Assembly (NCBI GenBank): GCA_035946435.1
Contig: DASYZH010000353.1
Coordinates: 2,376 to 66,375, forward strand
Direction of reading: 5' to 3'
From: Puia sp.
Lineage (GTDB): Bacteria; Bacteroidota; Bacteroidia; Chitinophagales; Chitinophagaceae
Length of the DNA: 64,000 nucleotides
The translations under genes were made by a program, and so were the position numbers. Below the pieces are notes generated by a model. It was not told where the DNA came from. It was given only the letters and a program-made list of their open reading frames with translations, and searched no databases. Shown piece by piece: positions 48,512 to 58,759 of this stretch (the stretch's first letter is position 1; every line of letters starts with the position of its first letter).

Positions 48512-51214
48512 TTATTGCCAGAATATTTTTATCGTTTCAATACTATTGTGTCCAAGCCGGATCGTTAATTGACGGCCGTTGGGGTTCAGGGGTTTCGGGT
48601 GATCTTCGACGAGGGAAGTGTAATAGGCTGTCTTAATGGCCCTGGAAAAGGTAAAGGTAACCTGTACATCTTTTCCCTCCGACTCGTAGAAACGCAGCAC
48701 CGTGCCATTGTCATCCTCTGCCTTCTTAATGGTGGTGATCACTACGTTTTGTTTGTCGCAGGAGACGAAGGCGTTGTTCCCGGGAAGTGCGGGACCGATG
48801 GCCCGCTGGGGATTGACGATGGCGATCGGTGGATCGTTGGCCTGACGGCCGAAGGCCGCGCCCGCTTCCCAGCCCTGGGCGTGGGTAGTCAGCGAAAAAT
48901 GATACGTGTGGTCACCCGTCTGGAGATATTCATTGCCTTCGGAATGGCAGCTACGGCGCGAGGCCAGCAGGATGGGCTGTAGCAGGGTGGCCCTGGGTTC
49001 CAAACCAGTAACATCCATAAAATCGAAAGCGGCCGTCGAACTGCTCAGTGTCACGCCAAAACCATCGCCGGACGCACTCATCCAATTCTGCATGCCCCGG
49101 GGGTGGATCTCCCGGGGCAGGGTCATATAGATCTGACCAGCGGGCTGCGGCAGTTCGTCCTTGCCGATCTCCACCTTCCCAAAAGGAACCTCATACGTTA
49201 CACGGGCGTGAGGAGCAGCTACGGGAAGCGCGAGCCGGAATTCCCGGTAAAGGGTGCCGTCCCAGTTCATGAGCGAAACATCGAAATCGATCCGCCGGAT
49301 CGTATTGAAAACCTTGATATCTTCTTCGACAACTGCGTGGCGAATGGCCTGACGGCAATGCCAAAGCGTATATACCGGTCCCTGTTCTTTTATGGTCCAG
49401 CGGTTATCGTGGCTGCCCAGCCGGTCGAAGTCTTCCAGGGTGGGTTGCTGTACAGCATCGAACTCGCCGGCTCCGGTGCCTACGCTCTGCAACGTAAAGA
49501 CTTCGCCCGCCGCCAGGGGACCGTCGGCGACTATTTGTTTTCCGGTGCTTTTGTCGATGAGGCTGGTGATGCCGCCGGGTCCGAAACGCAGTTTATAAAA
49601 GCGATTCTCATACATGCTGTCACTGGCCAGTGGCAAAGCCGAATGCTGTTCTTCGCCTGGTTTCAGGTACCAGGTAGCATACCCCATCGATGGTAGGTCG
49701 GCCGCGACAAAGCTCAGGCTGCGCCGGGCGGGGCCGGTTCCCGGGGATATCCATGCGCACTGAGATAGAACAAGCTGCCCGGCGTCGTCGTATACCTTCA
49801 CCGCCCCGTGACCCCAGGAGGCCGGAAGATCAACGGACACCGCATCGGTCCGGCGACAGTTGGCGCTGTTGAAGACCACTACCGGCATCCCTTTGGCAGG
49901 GGAAGTAGCGATATGCGAAGCGAGTCGCTGTAATGCCGTTGTAAGCAAGTAGCGCCCCGCGGTCTTTGCCTGGGCGTATTTGGCCAAAAAGATATCGTCG
50001 GTGGACTGACCTTCTTTTCCGCCCCAGCCATGGTCGGGGTAGATCTTGGCCTCCCAGGCTTCGTCCAGGGCGGTCGTGGGGTATTCGCAAGCAGGATCGA
50101 CGACCCGGTTGAGCGACCACCATTTTTCCGCATCGGGCAGCAGGACATCCGCTTCGCGGCTTGCGGACACCGCCCAGTGGTGGGAAGGGCCATGGATATA
50201 GATCCAGACGTTGGGGCGTTCCCCGCTGATCGTCGGGATATGAGAAGACGAGGACTTTATGGCGCCGATGAATTGATCAAAGGTGGCATGCTGAAACCGG
50301 GGCAGCCGGACCGATATTGTTTCGCCCGCCGTGTTGCGCACCCGCCTGATGGCATTCCACCGGCTGATAAAAGGGTAAAGATTGTGCACCGGTTTTTGAT
50401 CCCAACCGAACTCATAATTGAGCACGGCGGGGATCGCTTTGGGCAACCCTTGCCGGTCGTTGAAATGGAGCAGCCAGTAAACGGCTTGTTCGGCCATGGT
50501 CCGGATGGCGGCGGTATCGGTTTTTGCGAGGATATTGTAAAAGTCGATATAATGGCCGGGTGAATAGCTGGTCACATAGGAGCCGTCCGGGCTCGTCCAA
50601 TTGTATAATCCCATGCCGAAACGACTGAAGAACATCCCTGTCACACCGGCCTTGGCCATGAGCTGGGGCATCTGCAGGCTTCGACCGGGCACATCGGAAT
50701 TGTAGTAGATGGTGCTGTTATAGCCGAGGTTATCGCGTAACCATTTCTTTCCGAAATAGAACTGCCTGGCGAGGGATTCGCCGCTATACAGGTCTTCATA
50801 GACCTGGGTATAGGAAGCGCCCGCCAGCATCCTGCCGGACCGGAGGTAGGCGGCCACTGTATCCTTCATCTCCGGGTGACGCCGGAGATATTCCATGACG
50901 ATCGAGGATTGTTCGATGTCCATCCGGAAATCCGCAGACCGCCGTAGCCGGGCGAGGAAAGGCGTCAGCCAAAGCGTATCGCGGGCGATCGTGGATTTTT
51001 CAATGGAGTTGATCCATCCGAGGTCCTCGTGGGTAGTCACCGTGAGATAGATACTGGCATCGCCGCCGGAAAGGGCGTCTACTTTTTTCAACAGCGCAAA
51101 GGTGGCATCGTTCACCGTTAGTACACTTTCTTCGGGTGATTGTGCATAAAGGGAAGACCCGCCGGTAAGCGCAATCGTAAATAGCCAAAGGACAACAATC
51201 GATAGTTTTTTCAT
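48512..51214 (-). CDS. GH38-like glycoside hydrolase (paralogue 2)
   Basis: Signal peptide, TTHEDLGW, GESLARQFYFG, NSDVPG, WIYIHGP, YPDHGWGG, VFNS and IKKAED...LRFYE. Confidence 0.82.
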   Translation of the reverse strand: MKKLSIVVLWLFTIALTGGSSLYAQSPEESVLTVNDATFALLKKVDALSGGDASIYLTVTTHEDLGWINSIEKSTIARDTLWLTPFLARLRRSADFRMDIEQSSIVMEYLRRHPEMKDTVAAYLRSGRMLAGASYTQVYEDLYSGESLARQFYFGKKWLRDNLGYNSTIYYNSDVPGRSLQMPQLMAKAGVTGMFFSRFGMGLYNWTSPDGSYVTSYSPGHYIDFYNILAKTDTAAIRTMAEQAVYWLLHFNDRQGLPKAIPAVLNYEFGWDQKPVHNLYPFISRWNAIRRVRNTAGETISVRLPRFQHATFDQFIGAIKSSSSHIPTISGERPNVWIYIHGPSHHWAVSASREADVLLPDAEKWWSLNRVVDPACEYPTTALDEAWEAKIYPDHGWGGKEGQSTDDIFLAKYAQAKTAGRYLLTTALQRLASHIATSPAKGMPVVVFNSANCRRTDAVSVDLPASWGHGAVKVYDDAGQLVLSQCAWISPGTGPARRSLSFVAADLPSMGYATWYLKPGEEQHSALPLASDSMYENRFYKLRFGPGGITSLIDKSTGKQIVADGPLAAGEVFTLQSVGTGAGEFDAVQQPTLEDFDRLGSHDNRWTIKEQGPVYTLWHCRQAIRHAVVEEDIKVFNTIRRIDFDVSLMNWDGTLYREFRLALPVAAPHARVTYEVPFGKVEIGKDELPQPAGQIYMTLPREIHPRGMQNWMSASGDGFGVTLSSSTAAFDFMDVTGLEPRATLLQPILLASRRSCHSEGNEYLQTGDHTYHFSLTTHAQGWEAGAAFGRQANDPPIAIVNPQRAIGPALPGNNAFVSCDKQNVVITTIKKAEDDNGTVLRFYESEGKDVQVTFTFSRAIKTAYYTSLVEDHPKPLNPNGRQLTIRLGHNSIETIKIFWQ

Positions 51215-51235
51215 CCGCCGCTTATTCGTTTATCA

Positions 51236-53926
51236 TTAATTCGTCTTAAAACCGGGATCGAACTCAAAGGTTTCTATGGCATACCTGCCGACATGCACCC
51301 GTTGTCCGCCCCGTTGAGGCGCTATCGGCTGCGGCTGTTGTTCCAGGATATTGGTCTTCTCCAAGCCACGTACACCACGGAACCAATCCAGCCGGATGTC
51401 CGACTCTTTGCCTTCGAGGTCGTAGCACCGGAGAACGATCTTGTCGAGATCATCGTTCTTCTTTATCGTAGAGATCACGATGTTGTCGGCGTCCGTGCCT
51501 GCGAAAGAAAGGCTTTCCGGCAATACGGCCTGTACGGCTGCGGGGCGAGACCGGTTGTCCGGGATATTGTCGACGACCAGCAGTGGTTGAGCGGCTTGTT
51601 TGCCCGCTTTCCAGTTCGGATGCCCCTGGCCGGAGCAAAAGGAGAAGGTAAAATGGTGGTCTCCGCGCTGAAGATACCAGTTGCCCAGCGGGCTTTCGTT
51701 ACAGGTTCGCCGGCTTGCCAGCAGCAGCGGTTGCAACACGGGCTTTGAGTTCTTGCCTGTGGGATCGATCCAGTCGAATACGGCGACATCGGAGCTAATC
51801 GCGACGGAGCCATTGTGATCCCAGGCGCCAAACCAATCCTGTACTTCGCGCGGATGGATCTCCCGGCAGGGTGTGTTATAGACCTGATCCGCTTTCGAGA
51901 ATCCCGCTGCGCGGGGCAATTCCGTTTTCCCAACCTCTACGATGCCCATCGGCACTTCGTAGTCTACATGTCCGCTATCCAGGTCCAGCGGGAAAGCCAT
52001 TCGGAATTCCCGCGAATGTTCGCCGTTGAAACCGATGATATCGGCCTGGAAATCGATGCGCGGGAGCATGGTATAGAATATGACCCGTTGCCGCACTGTA
52101 CAATTCCTCCAGGGGTGAATAGTTTCGATTACCGTCCGTACAGGGCCATTTTCTACGAGACTCCAATCCGTACCATATTGGTTCATGCGCTCAAATCCTT
52201 CCATCGTGGGTTGTTGCACAGCCGTAAATTCGCCCGCGCCGTTGCCAACGGATTGCATCGAAAACACCTCGCCGGCGAGCAATCCGCCGGGGAGTATCCA
52301 CTCACGTGACAAGCGCCGGTCAAATATAGAACTAATGCCGCCTTTCGCAAGTGTGATCTTGTAAAACCTGGTATCGACAACGTTACCGGTTATGTTGATC
52401 CGCAATTTCTGATCGTCTGCCGCCCTGCCGGGGATAAGATAGAAGGTGGAATAGCCTATGGATGGGATATCCCGTGCGACAAACGCGATGGTAAGGGTGG
52501 ATTGGGGTCCTTTGTCGGGAGAAGAGACTACCTGGTAATCCACCGGATCGCCCTTGGCATCGACCAATTGAAACTCGTTGTCATAAATACCTTCCATGTC
52601 GATCGTGGCCTCGACGGGGTCGGTACGCGTCCAGGACAAGGGATTGAACACGACAATGGGTTTGCCAATGGATTTGAATTTGATGGCATGTACAATATCG
52701 TCAAGCTTTGTTTTAAGGATCGAGTCCCCTACCCTTGCGGCCAGTGCATAGCTGTTCGCGTAGATGGCATCCGTGATGTCGCCATGTACGCCGCCCCAAC
52801 CATGATCCGGATAGATCGCGTGCTGCCAGGCCTGGTCGAAGGCGGCTTGTGGGTAATCCTTGAAATTCCCCTGCAGGACCGCGGCAACGGCCGAGAACTT
52901 CTCCGCCGCAGTAAGCACTCTCGAGGAATGTCTTGCTGTCTTGATAGCCTTCTCATGGGCAGGGCCGTGAATATATAGCCAAAGGTTCGGGTATTCGCCC
53001 TGAACGCTGTCGATATGACCGGAAGAGGAGGTCAGCGCGGCAAGCGCTTCGGTACCGGTGGCATAGCCGATGGTCGGGAGCGGCTCATGCCGGTCCTTCA
53101 ACTCGGTATTCCATTGATTGAAAAAGCCATCGTAGTTGGGAGGCACGGAAAAATCCTGGGAGTTGAGCCAGATGAAGTTTGGGGGAAGCTGGTGGTCCTT
53201 ATAGTATCCCGCCCATTCCGCCAGCCGGGCTTTGACAACAGCCGCGCGCTGTTCATTTGTGGCGGCATGGATCAAGGGAATGGATGATTCGTAGTATTGA
53301 CCGGGTGTCCAGCAAGTAACAAAGCTGCCATCCGGGCTGAACCATTTATAGACACCGGGCTGGAACCTGCTGAATTGGAGGAACCGGATCCCTGCTTTCG
53401 ACCAGATCTGGGCCGTCTGGAGGGATCTGCCCGGGACATCTTCCGACCACGCCGTGATGAAGCGGCCGCCGGGGATCATTTTCTCGAGCTTTTTCTTACC
53501 GTAGTATACCTCGCGGATAAGTGCTTCTCCTTCGTAGAGACCCTCATAGGGTTGATTGTAGGTAGCGCCCCATTCCATTCTTCCCTCCCGGGTATATCGG
53601 ATGATATCCGGTAACCGGTCGGGATGACGTTCGACATACTCATAGAAGTTGAGCGCATTCTCTACGGAAAAACAGAACTTATCATTCTGTTTTAGTCTTT
53701 CGAGGGCCGGCGTGATCATGAATTTGTCGCGAAACCGGCGGCAGCTGTCAGGGGTATCCATCCAGGCGATGTCCTGGTGTGAAGAGGGCACCACGAGGAC
53801 CTTGCCACCGCTAAAACTTTCGTAACCGTTGGACACCCGGGCGCCGCCGTCCTGGCCCAGGCTAACCCGGGACACAAGGACGGACAGCAACCAAACCAGG
53901 CCTGCGAATCTTAAACCTTTTCTCAT
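51236..53926 (-). CDS. GH38-like glycoside hydrolase (paralogue 3)
   Basis: Signal peptide, SSHQDIAW, SEDVPG, WLYIHGP, YPDHGWGG and VFNPLSWTR. Confidence 0.82.
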   Translation of the reverse strand: MRKGLRFAGLVWLLSVLVSRVSLGQDGGARVSNGYESFSGGKVLVVPSSHQDIAWMDTPDSCRRFRDKFMITPALERLKQNDKFCFSVENALNFYEYVERHPDRLPDIIRYTREGRMEWGATYNQPYEGLYEGEALIREVYYGKKKLEKMIPGGRFITAWSEDVPGRSLQTAQIWSKAGIRFLQFSRFQPGVYKWFSPDGSFVTCWTPGQYYESSIPLIHAATNEQRAAVVKARLAEWAGYYKDHQLPPNFIWLNSQDFSVPPNYDGFFNQWNTELKDRHEPLPTIGYATGTEALAALTSSSGHIDSVQGEYPNLWLYIHGPAHEKAIKTARHSSRVLTAAEKFSAVAAVLQGNFKDYPQAAFDQAWQHAIYPDHGWGGVHGDITDAIYANSYALAARVGDSILKTKLDDIVHAIKFKSIGKPIVVFNPLSWTRTDPVEATIDMEGIYDNEFQLVDAKGDPVDYQVVSSPDKGPQSTLTIAFVARDIPSIGYSTFYLIPGRAADDQKLRINITGNVVDTRFYKITLAKGGISSIFDRRLSREWILPGGLLAGEVFSMQSVGNGAGEFTAVQQPTMEGFERMNQYGTDWSLVENGPVRTVIETIHPWRNCTVRQRVIFYTMLPRIDFQADIIGFNGEHSREFRMAFPLDLDSGHVDYEVPMGIVEVGKTELPRAAGFSKADQVYNTPCREIHPREVQDWFGAWDHNGSVAISSDVAVFDWIDPTGKNSKPVLQPLLLASRRTCNESPLGNWYLQRGDHHFTFSFCSGQGHPNWKAGKQAAQPLLVVDNIPDNRSRPAAVQAVLPESLSFAGTDADNIVISTIKKNDDLDKIVLRCYDLEGKESDIRLDWFRGVRGLEKTNILEQQPQPIAPQRGGQRVHVGRYAIETFEFDPGFKTN

Positions 53927-55413
53927 TTTAAATTGGGATTTATTTCTACCTCGGCGAGGGGGATCGGGAATTGAAGATTATTGGTCTGAAAGGTCGCCCC
54001 CGAGGGCAGTGTAAAGCCTACAGCATTCACCATGGTATTATGAACGGCGTCGAAGATCTGGTGCGTACGGACGATATCGTACCAATTCTGATTTTCGCCA
54101 CAGAGCTCCCACCATCTTTCTTTCCACACTTCGTTTTGGAAATCCGACTGGCTGAGACCCGACAAGGCGGCGAGCCCGGCCCTGGTGCGAATAGCGTTGA
54201 GAGCAGCGTAAGCGGCAGCATTGGGTGAGCCGTCAGCCGCGTTTTGAGCCTCTGCATAGGTCAGCAGGATATCGGCATAGCGGATGACGGGAAAGTTCTT
54301 GCTCGAAAAGGGTGCGTTTGTGAGCAGGCCTTTATCGAAGAACTTATAGAGGCTCCAGGGGAAATTGTAGGCGGAGCCGCCAACGGTGATGTTGTTGAAA
54401 AAGAAGCCATTTTGTTGGCCACGCAGGTCGGCAGGGTCGTAGGAAGCGACGAAGCTGGTTTGCGGTACGAGCAGACCCTGGTCGTTGTTAACAGCGCTGG
54501 CACTGATAAAAGTTACGCCTTTGGGGCAAAGCTCGAGCGGAAGAATATCGTTGACGATATAGGAGCTGAAATTGATGTCCCATATATGTTCCTGGGTGTT
54601 GTCGAAAGCCGGGTTGTTGAGCTTGTCAAACCAGGTCATATTGGCATCCGTTTGAAAGAGGGAGAAATTCCCGCTGTTGATCACCTCTAAAGCCTTGTTA
54701 CGTGCCAGGGCGTAGTTGGCCGTCTCATTGACAGGATAACCGGCCATGGCAAGATAGACTTTTGCCAGCAGGGCCGATGCGGCGCCGGTCGAAACACGTC
54801 CGGAACCGGCGGGAGTGGCTCGCATGCCGCTCGCTTCGGCCGCCTGCAGGTCGGGAACGATCTCCTGCTCATAGATATCTTTTACCGGGGTCTTTGACAG
54901 CAAGCCGTCGCTGGCGCTCTTTGTAGGGGTTAGTTTCAACGGCACGTCGCCAAAGATGTTGACGAGCGTATAATAAAAGTACGCCCGCAGGAATCTGGCC
55001 TCGCCGATGAGCGCGCTTCGTTGCACGGTATCCATAGAAATACCCGGCACATTGGCGATTACGAGATTGGCGGCTTCGATGCCCTGGTAAGCGGAAGAGA
55101 ACCATTGTTCCAGCAGGGGGCTGGCGGAGTTCTGGCGAAGGTTGTAGACGTTGACCAGGTCGTTACCTTCGGACACCGTATTAAATTGACCGGTGACCAG
55201 TTCCAGCATCGCATAACTGTAGTTACGACCACCGCCCGTATAGGGAACATAAAGATTGGCGTAGATGCCATCGACGGCAGACTGCGCATCCTCGGCGGTC
55301 TGATAATATTGGTTAGTTGTAATTACAGACTTAGGATCTTCTTTCAGCCATTTTTTACAGCCCGGGAAGGCGATGATCGCTATGATGAAGAGAGCTATAT
55401 TCTTCGATTTCAT
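53923..55413 (-). CDS. SusD/RagB family lipoprotein
   Basis: Lipobox AFPGC, GEARFLRAYFYYTLV, GRVSTGAA, IRYADILL and ERWWELCGE. Confidence 0.95.
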   Translation of the reverse strand: MKSKNIALFIIAIIAFPGCKKWLKEDPKSVITTNQYYQTAEDAQSAVDGIYANLYVPYTGGGRNYSYAMLELVTGQFNTVSEGNDLVNVYNLRQNSASPLLEQWFSSAYQGIEAANLVIANVPGISMDTVQRSALIGEARFLRAYFYYTLVNIFGDVPLKLTPTKSASDGLLSKTPVKDIYEQEIVPDLQAAEASGMRATPAGSGRVSTGAASALLAKVYLAMAGYPVNETANYALARNKALEVINSGNFSLFQTDANMTWFDKLNNPAFDNTQEHIWDINFSSYIVNDILPLELCPKGVTFISASAVNNDQGLLVPQTSFVASYDPADLRGQQNGFFFNNITVGGSAYNFPWSLYKFFDKGLLTNAPFSSKNFPVIRYADILLTYAEAQNAADGSPNAAAYAALNAIRTRAGLAALSGLSQSDFQNEVWKERWWELCGENQNWYDIVRTHQIFDAVHNTMVNAVGFTLPSGATFQTNNLQFPIPLAEVEINPNLK

Positions 55414-55424
55414 TTTTTCTTTTT

Positions 55425-58400
55425 TTAGAGATTTGCGGTGATGCCGACGGTGAAGGTCCTGGGACGGGGTGAGCCATAGAATTCGACACCCTGTGAAAAG
55501 GTCGAACCGCTGAAGGTGCTGACTTCAGGATCGAAACCGCGATACTTCGAGATCAGGAAGAAGTTATTTACGTTGCCGTATACCCGCAGGCCGGACAAGC
55601 CCAGCCTTTTGGATTGCTTTTCCGGAAAGGCATACGAACAGTTGATGCTTTTCCCTCTTATGAAGGACCCATCTTCGACCCAACGGCTATCCATGAAGAA
55701 GGGCAGGTCGGTACCCCAGGGATCGACATTCGCAAAGCGAAGGGCCGGGACCATCGTGTTTTGATTTTGCGGGGTCCAGGCATCCCTGAGGATGGTGGAA
55801 TAGCTGTTGGCATAATATTGCCGGTCTTCCAGTGTCAGGGTCGAGACGTTCATGACCTTGTTCCCGTGCCGGATCATCACGTCTGCGCTTAAGGTCCAGT
55901 TGTGATAGCGGACGGTGGTCGTCAGATCCAGCTCATATTTGGGAAACATATTGCCCAGCACCATGGCGTCGCTGTTGTCGAAAACGTGGTCGCCATTGAC
56001 ATCCAGACGTTTGATATCACCCGGTTTCTTGCCATACAATGCAGCTTCGGCAGCTTCTTTTGTACCCCAGACCCCGATACGTTTGAAGCCCCAGAAATTC
56101 CCGAGTGGTTTACCCACCTGCAGGATATTGGTCTGGCCGAGGAAGTTTGGTCCGGGATAGATATCCGCGTTGGTGGTACCCAGGGCCAGTATTTTGCTTG
56201 CATTGGTCGAGAATTGGGCGCCGAGGCTCCAGGTGAGATTTGCTGTACGCAACACGTCTCCATTGACCGCCAATTCAAAACCCTGATTCTGGAGACTGCC
56301 GATATTGGTGAATACGGACGAGTAGCCGGTGACCGTGGTCACGGGTACGTTGAGGAGCAGATTGGTAGTTTTCTTCTTATAGTAATCGGCCGTCGCACTC
56401 AGGCGATCATCGAGCACTTTAATATCCAGGCCGAGATCGGCCTCCGCCGTTTGTTCCCATTTGAGGTTGGGATTGGGGATGCTCACCGGCGCGGTGCCGC
56501 GAACGATCTGGTTGTCCATTGCAATCGTGTAGACACCAACATTACCCAGAGACGAGTAGGGGGGAATTTCCGAATTACCGGTCAATCCGTAGCTGCCCCG
56601 GAATTTTAAGAAAGAAATAAAGCCATTGTGGGCGAGGAAATTCTCTTTGGAAGCGATCCAGCCCAAGGCGCCCGATGGAAAGAAGGCGAACTTGTTGGCA
56701 TCCCCGAATTTGGATGATCCATCATACCTGCCGGTGAACGTCAGCAGGTATTTTTCGAGATAACTGTAGTTAAGCCTGCCGTAATAGGAGTTGAGTTTGT
56801 AATTACTATAGCTGGACAGGGGGGTTCCGGGCACGGAGCCGGCGCTGAGGTTGTTGAATTGATAAAAATCGGTTGAGAATTCCGTGGCGCTGGCCGTAAC
56901 ACCCTCGGTGGTGGAAGACATCCAACTGCTGCCGAGAACCGCGTTCAGGTGATCGTTACCGGTAAAGGTCCGATCATAAGTTAAATAGTTCTCGACCTGC
57001 CAGTAATTGGTCCGGGTGTCGCCTACCGAGGCCTGGCCGTTGGTAGATGCCCCCATGCTTTCCAATTCCTTACTCAGGTAAAAATTGTTCTTTTGAGAAA
57101 ATATCTGCGATGCATAGGTCGACTTGAGGGTCAGTCCTTTCGCAAGCCGGATATTGGCATAGAGATTCAGCAGCACCTGATCTGTGAGATAGATATTGGT
57201 GAAGTTCTGCAAAATACGCACCGGGTTCTCCGCCGGATATACACCCGATTTCGTGTGGTTGCCCGAAGCATCGAAATTGTATCCGAACTGATCCAGGCGG
57301 CTCCAGGTGCCGTCCGGGTATTTTACCGGGAAGATCGGCAGCATTTCGATCATCATACGGGTGGGCGTCATGCCGCCGACCCCGTAGTCATCGAGTTGAT
57401 TGGTGTTGATCTGGTTGTAGGCGATGTCCCCGCCCGTAGTCAGCCAGGGACGAAGCGTTTGCTCGGTGTTGTAGCGAACACTGAGCTTCTTATAGTAAGT
57501 ATTGAGCAGGATACCCTGATCATCCTGGTAACCGGTATAGAGGCCCGATTTCGATTTTGTCGTGCCTGAGGTAAGTGAAACAAAATGACGATGAGAGATC
57601 CCGGTTTGGGTGGCTTCCTTCTGCCAGTCCGTATTGTAGATCGGCTGTTCGTTGGAATTGAACAAGAGCGGGTAATCGGCATGGAGATCGGGCAGCGGCC
57701 CGCGATCCGGGTTGTAAGCCCAGGCACGGGTAAACCAATCCATCCAGCCTTTGGAATCCAGCATGCTCATCCTCCGGGCGAGGACATTGGCGCTGACACT
57801 ACCGTTATAAGCTATGCTGAAGTCGCCGTTGCGGGCTCTTTTGGTAGTGACGATGATGACCCCGTTCGCGCCCCTGGCTCCATAGATCGCGGTCGAAGAC
57901 GCGTCTTTGAGTACATCCACGGCTTCGATATCGGAGGGATTGATCGACTGGAAATCGGCGCCTACGATCCCGTCGATGACGAATAGCGGCGAGTTGGAAG
58001 CCGAGATGGAGTTGAAGCCGCGGAGATTGACGCTGATCCCGCCGCCGGGACGGCCGGAGTTGTTGTAGATACTGAGGCCGGGCACTTTACCAGAGAGCGC
58101 CTCCAGCGGGTTGGAAGTGATCCTATCCGCCATATCGGAGGCTTTTACCGAAGCAACGGAGCCGGTTACATCCGCTTTTTTCTGTGTACCGTAACCGATA
58201 ACGACTACATCATTCAGGACGCTTGTCCTTGGCACCAGTGCGACCTGCACCGCGCCATTGCCATGGACCAGGACCGTTTGCTGCTGGTATCCCGTAATGC
58301 TGAAGATAAGGGCGGCGCCATCGGTCGCCTCGATGGAGAATTGGCCACGTTCGTTTGTTGCGGTGCCCCTTTGGGAGCCCTTGATCGTTACGTTTACACC

Positions 58401-58550
58401 GCGTAGCGCAAGGCCGGTGCTGTCGGTGACGGTGCCGGTGACATGTGTCGGTGTGCGTTGCCCGGCGGCATTAAAACAAAGGGCGAGAGCGAGACTAAAA
58501 AAACAGAATGTTTTTAAGATCCGGGGGGGAGCTTTTCTTTCTCTTTTCAT
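55425..58550 (-). CDS. SusC/RagA TonB-dependent receptor
   Basis: VVVIGYGTQKK, VLKDASSTAIYGARGANGVIIVTTK, NPNLKWE and C-terminal YGSPRPRTFTVGITANL. Confidence 0.96.
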   Translation of the reverse strand: MKRERKAPPRILKTFCFFSLALALCFNAAGQRTPTHVTGTVTDSTGLALRGVNVTIKGSQRGTATNERGQFSIEATDGAALIFSITGYQQQTVLVHGNGAVQVALVPRTSVLNDVVVIGYGTQKKADVTGSVASVKASDMADRITSNPLEALSGKVPGLSIYNNSGRPGGGISVNLRGFNSISASNSPLFVIDGIVGADFQSINPSDIEAVDVLKDASSTAIYGARGANGVIIVTTKRARNGDFSIAYNGSVSANVLARRMSMLDSKGWMDWFTRAWAYNPDRGPLPDLHADYPLLFNSNEQPIYNTDWQKEATQTGISHRHFVSLTSGTTKSKSGLYTGYQDDQGILLNTYYKKLSVRYNTEQTLRPWLTTGGDIAYNQINTNQLDDYGVGGMTPTRMMIEMLPIFPVKYPDGTWSRLDQFGYNFDASGNHTKSGVYPAENPVRILQNFTNIYLTDQVLLNLYANIRLAKGLTLKSTYASQIFSQKNNFYLSKELESMGASTNGQASVGDTRTNYWQVENYLTYDRTFTGNDHLNAVLGSSWMSSTTEGVTASATEFSTDFYQFNNLSAGSVPGTPLSSYSNYKLNSYYGRLNYSYLEKYLLTFTGRYDGSSKFGDANKFAFFPSGALGWIASKENFLAHNGFISFLKFRGSYGLTGNSEIPPYSSLGNVGVYTIAMDNQIVRGTAPVSIPNPNLKWEQTAEADLGLDIKVLDDRLSATADYYKKKTTNLLLNVPVTTVTGYSSVFTNIGSLQNQGFELAVNGDVLRTANLTWSLGAQFSTNASKILALGTTNADIYPGPNFLGQTNILQVGKPLGNFWGFKRIGVWGTKEAAEAALYGKKPGDIKRLDVNGDHVFDNSDAMVLGNMFPKYELDLTTTVRYHNWTLSADVMIRHGNKVMNVSTLTLEDRQYYANSYSTILRDAWTPQNQNTMVPALRFANVDPWGTDLPFFMDSRWVEDGSFIRGKSINCSYAFPEKQSKRLGLSGLRVYGNVNNFFLISKYRGFDPEVSTFSGSTFSQGVEFYGSPRPRTFTVGITANL

Positions 58551-58606
58551 ATTAGCAGTTCATCCGTTAAAAAATATTGTTAAAAACCAATAGAGCCTTA
58601 GGCACA

Positions 58607-58640
58607 CAAAAATACCCGGCACATTAAAAATTTTCTACAA
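58607..58640 (-). promoter_or_regulatory. Putative Bacteroidetes sigma-A promoter for the PUL-2 operon
   Basis: Minus-strand TATTTTTG (58614-58607) matches the -7 consensus TAnnTTTG. A TTG lies about 23 nt upstream. Confidence 0.5.
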
Positions 58641-58759
58641 CTGAATTAACGAACATTTAAACTTTTTTAACGAGTTTTACAACAAATGAATCCCATCTGA
58701 ATAAAATACTTTTATAAATTACAAATTGTAATTTCGGCAGGATTTTAAAGCAGCTTCCC

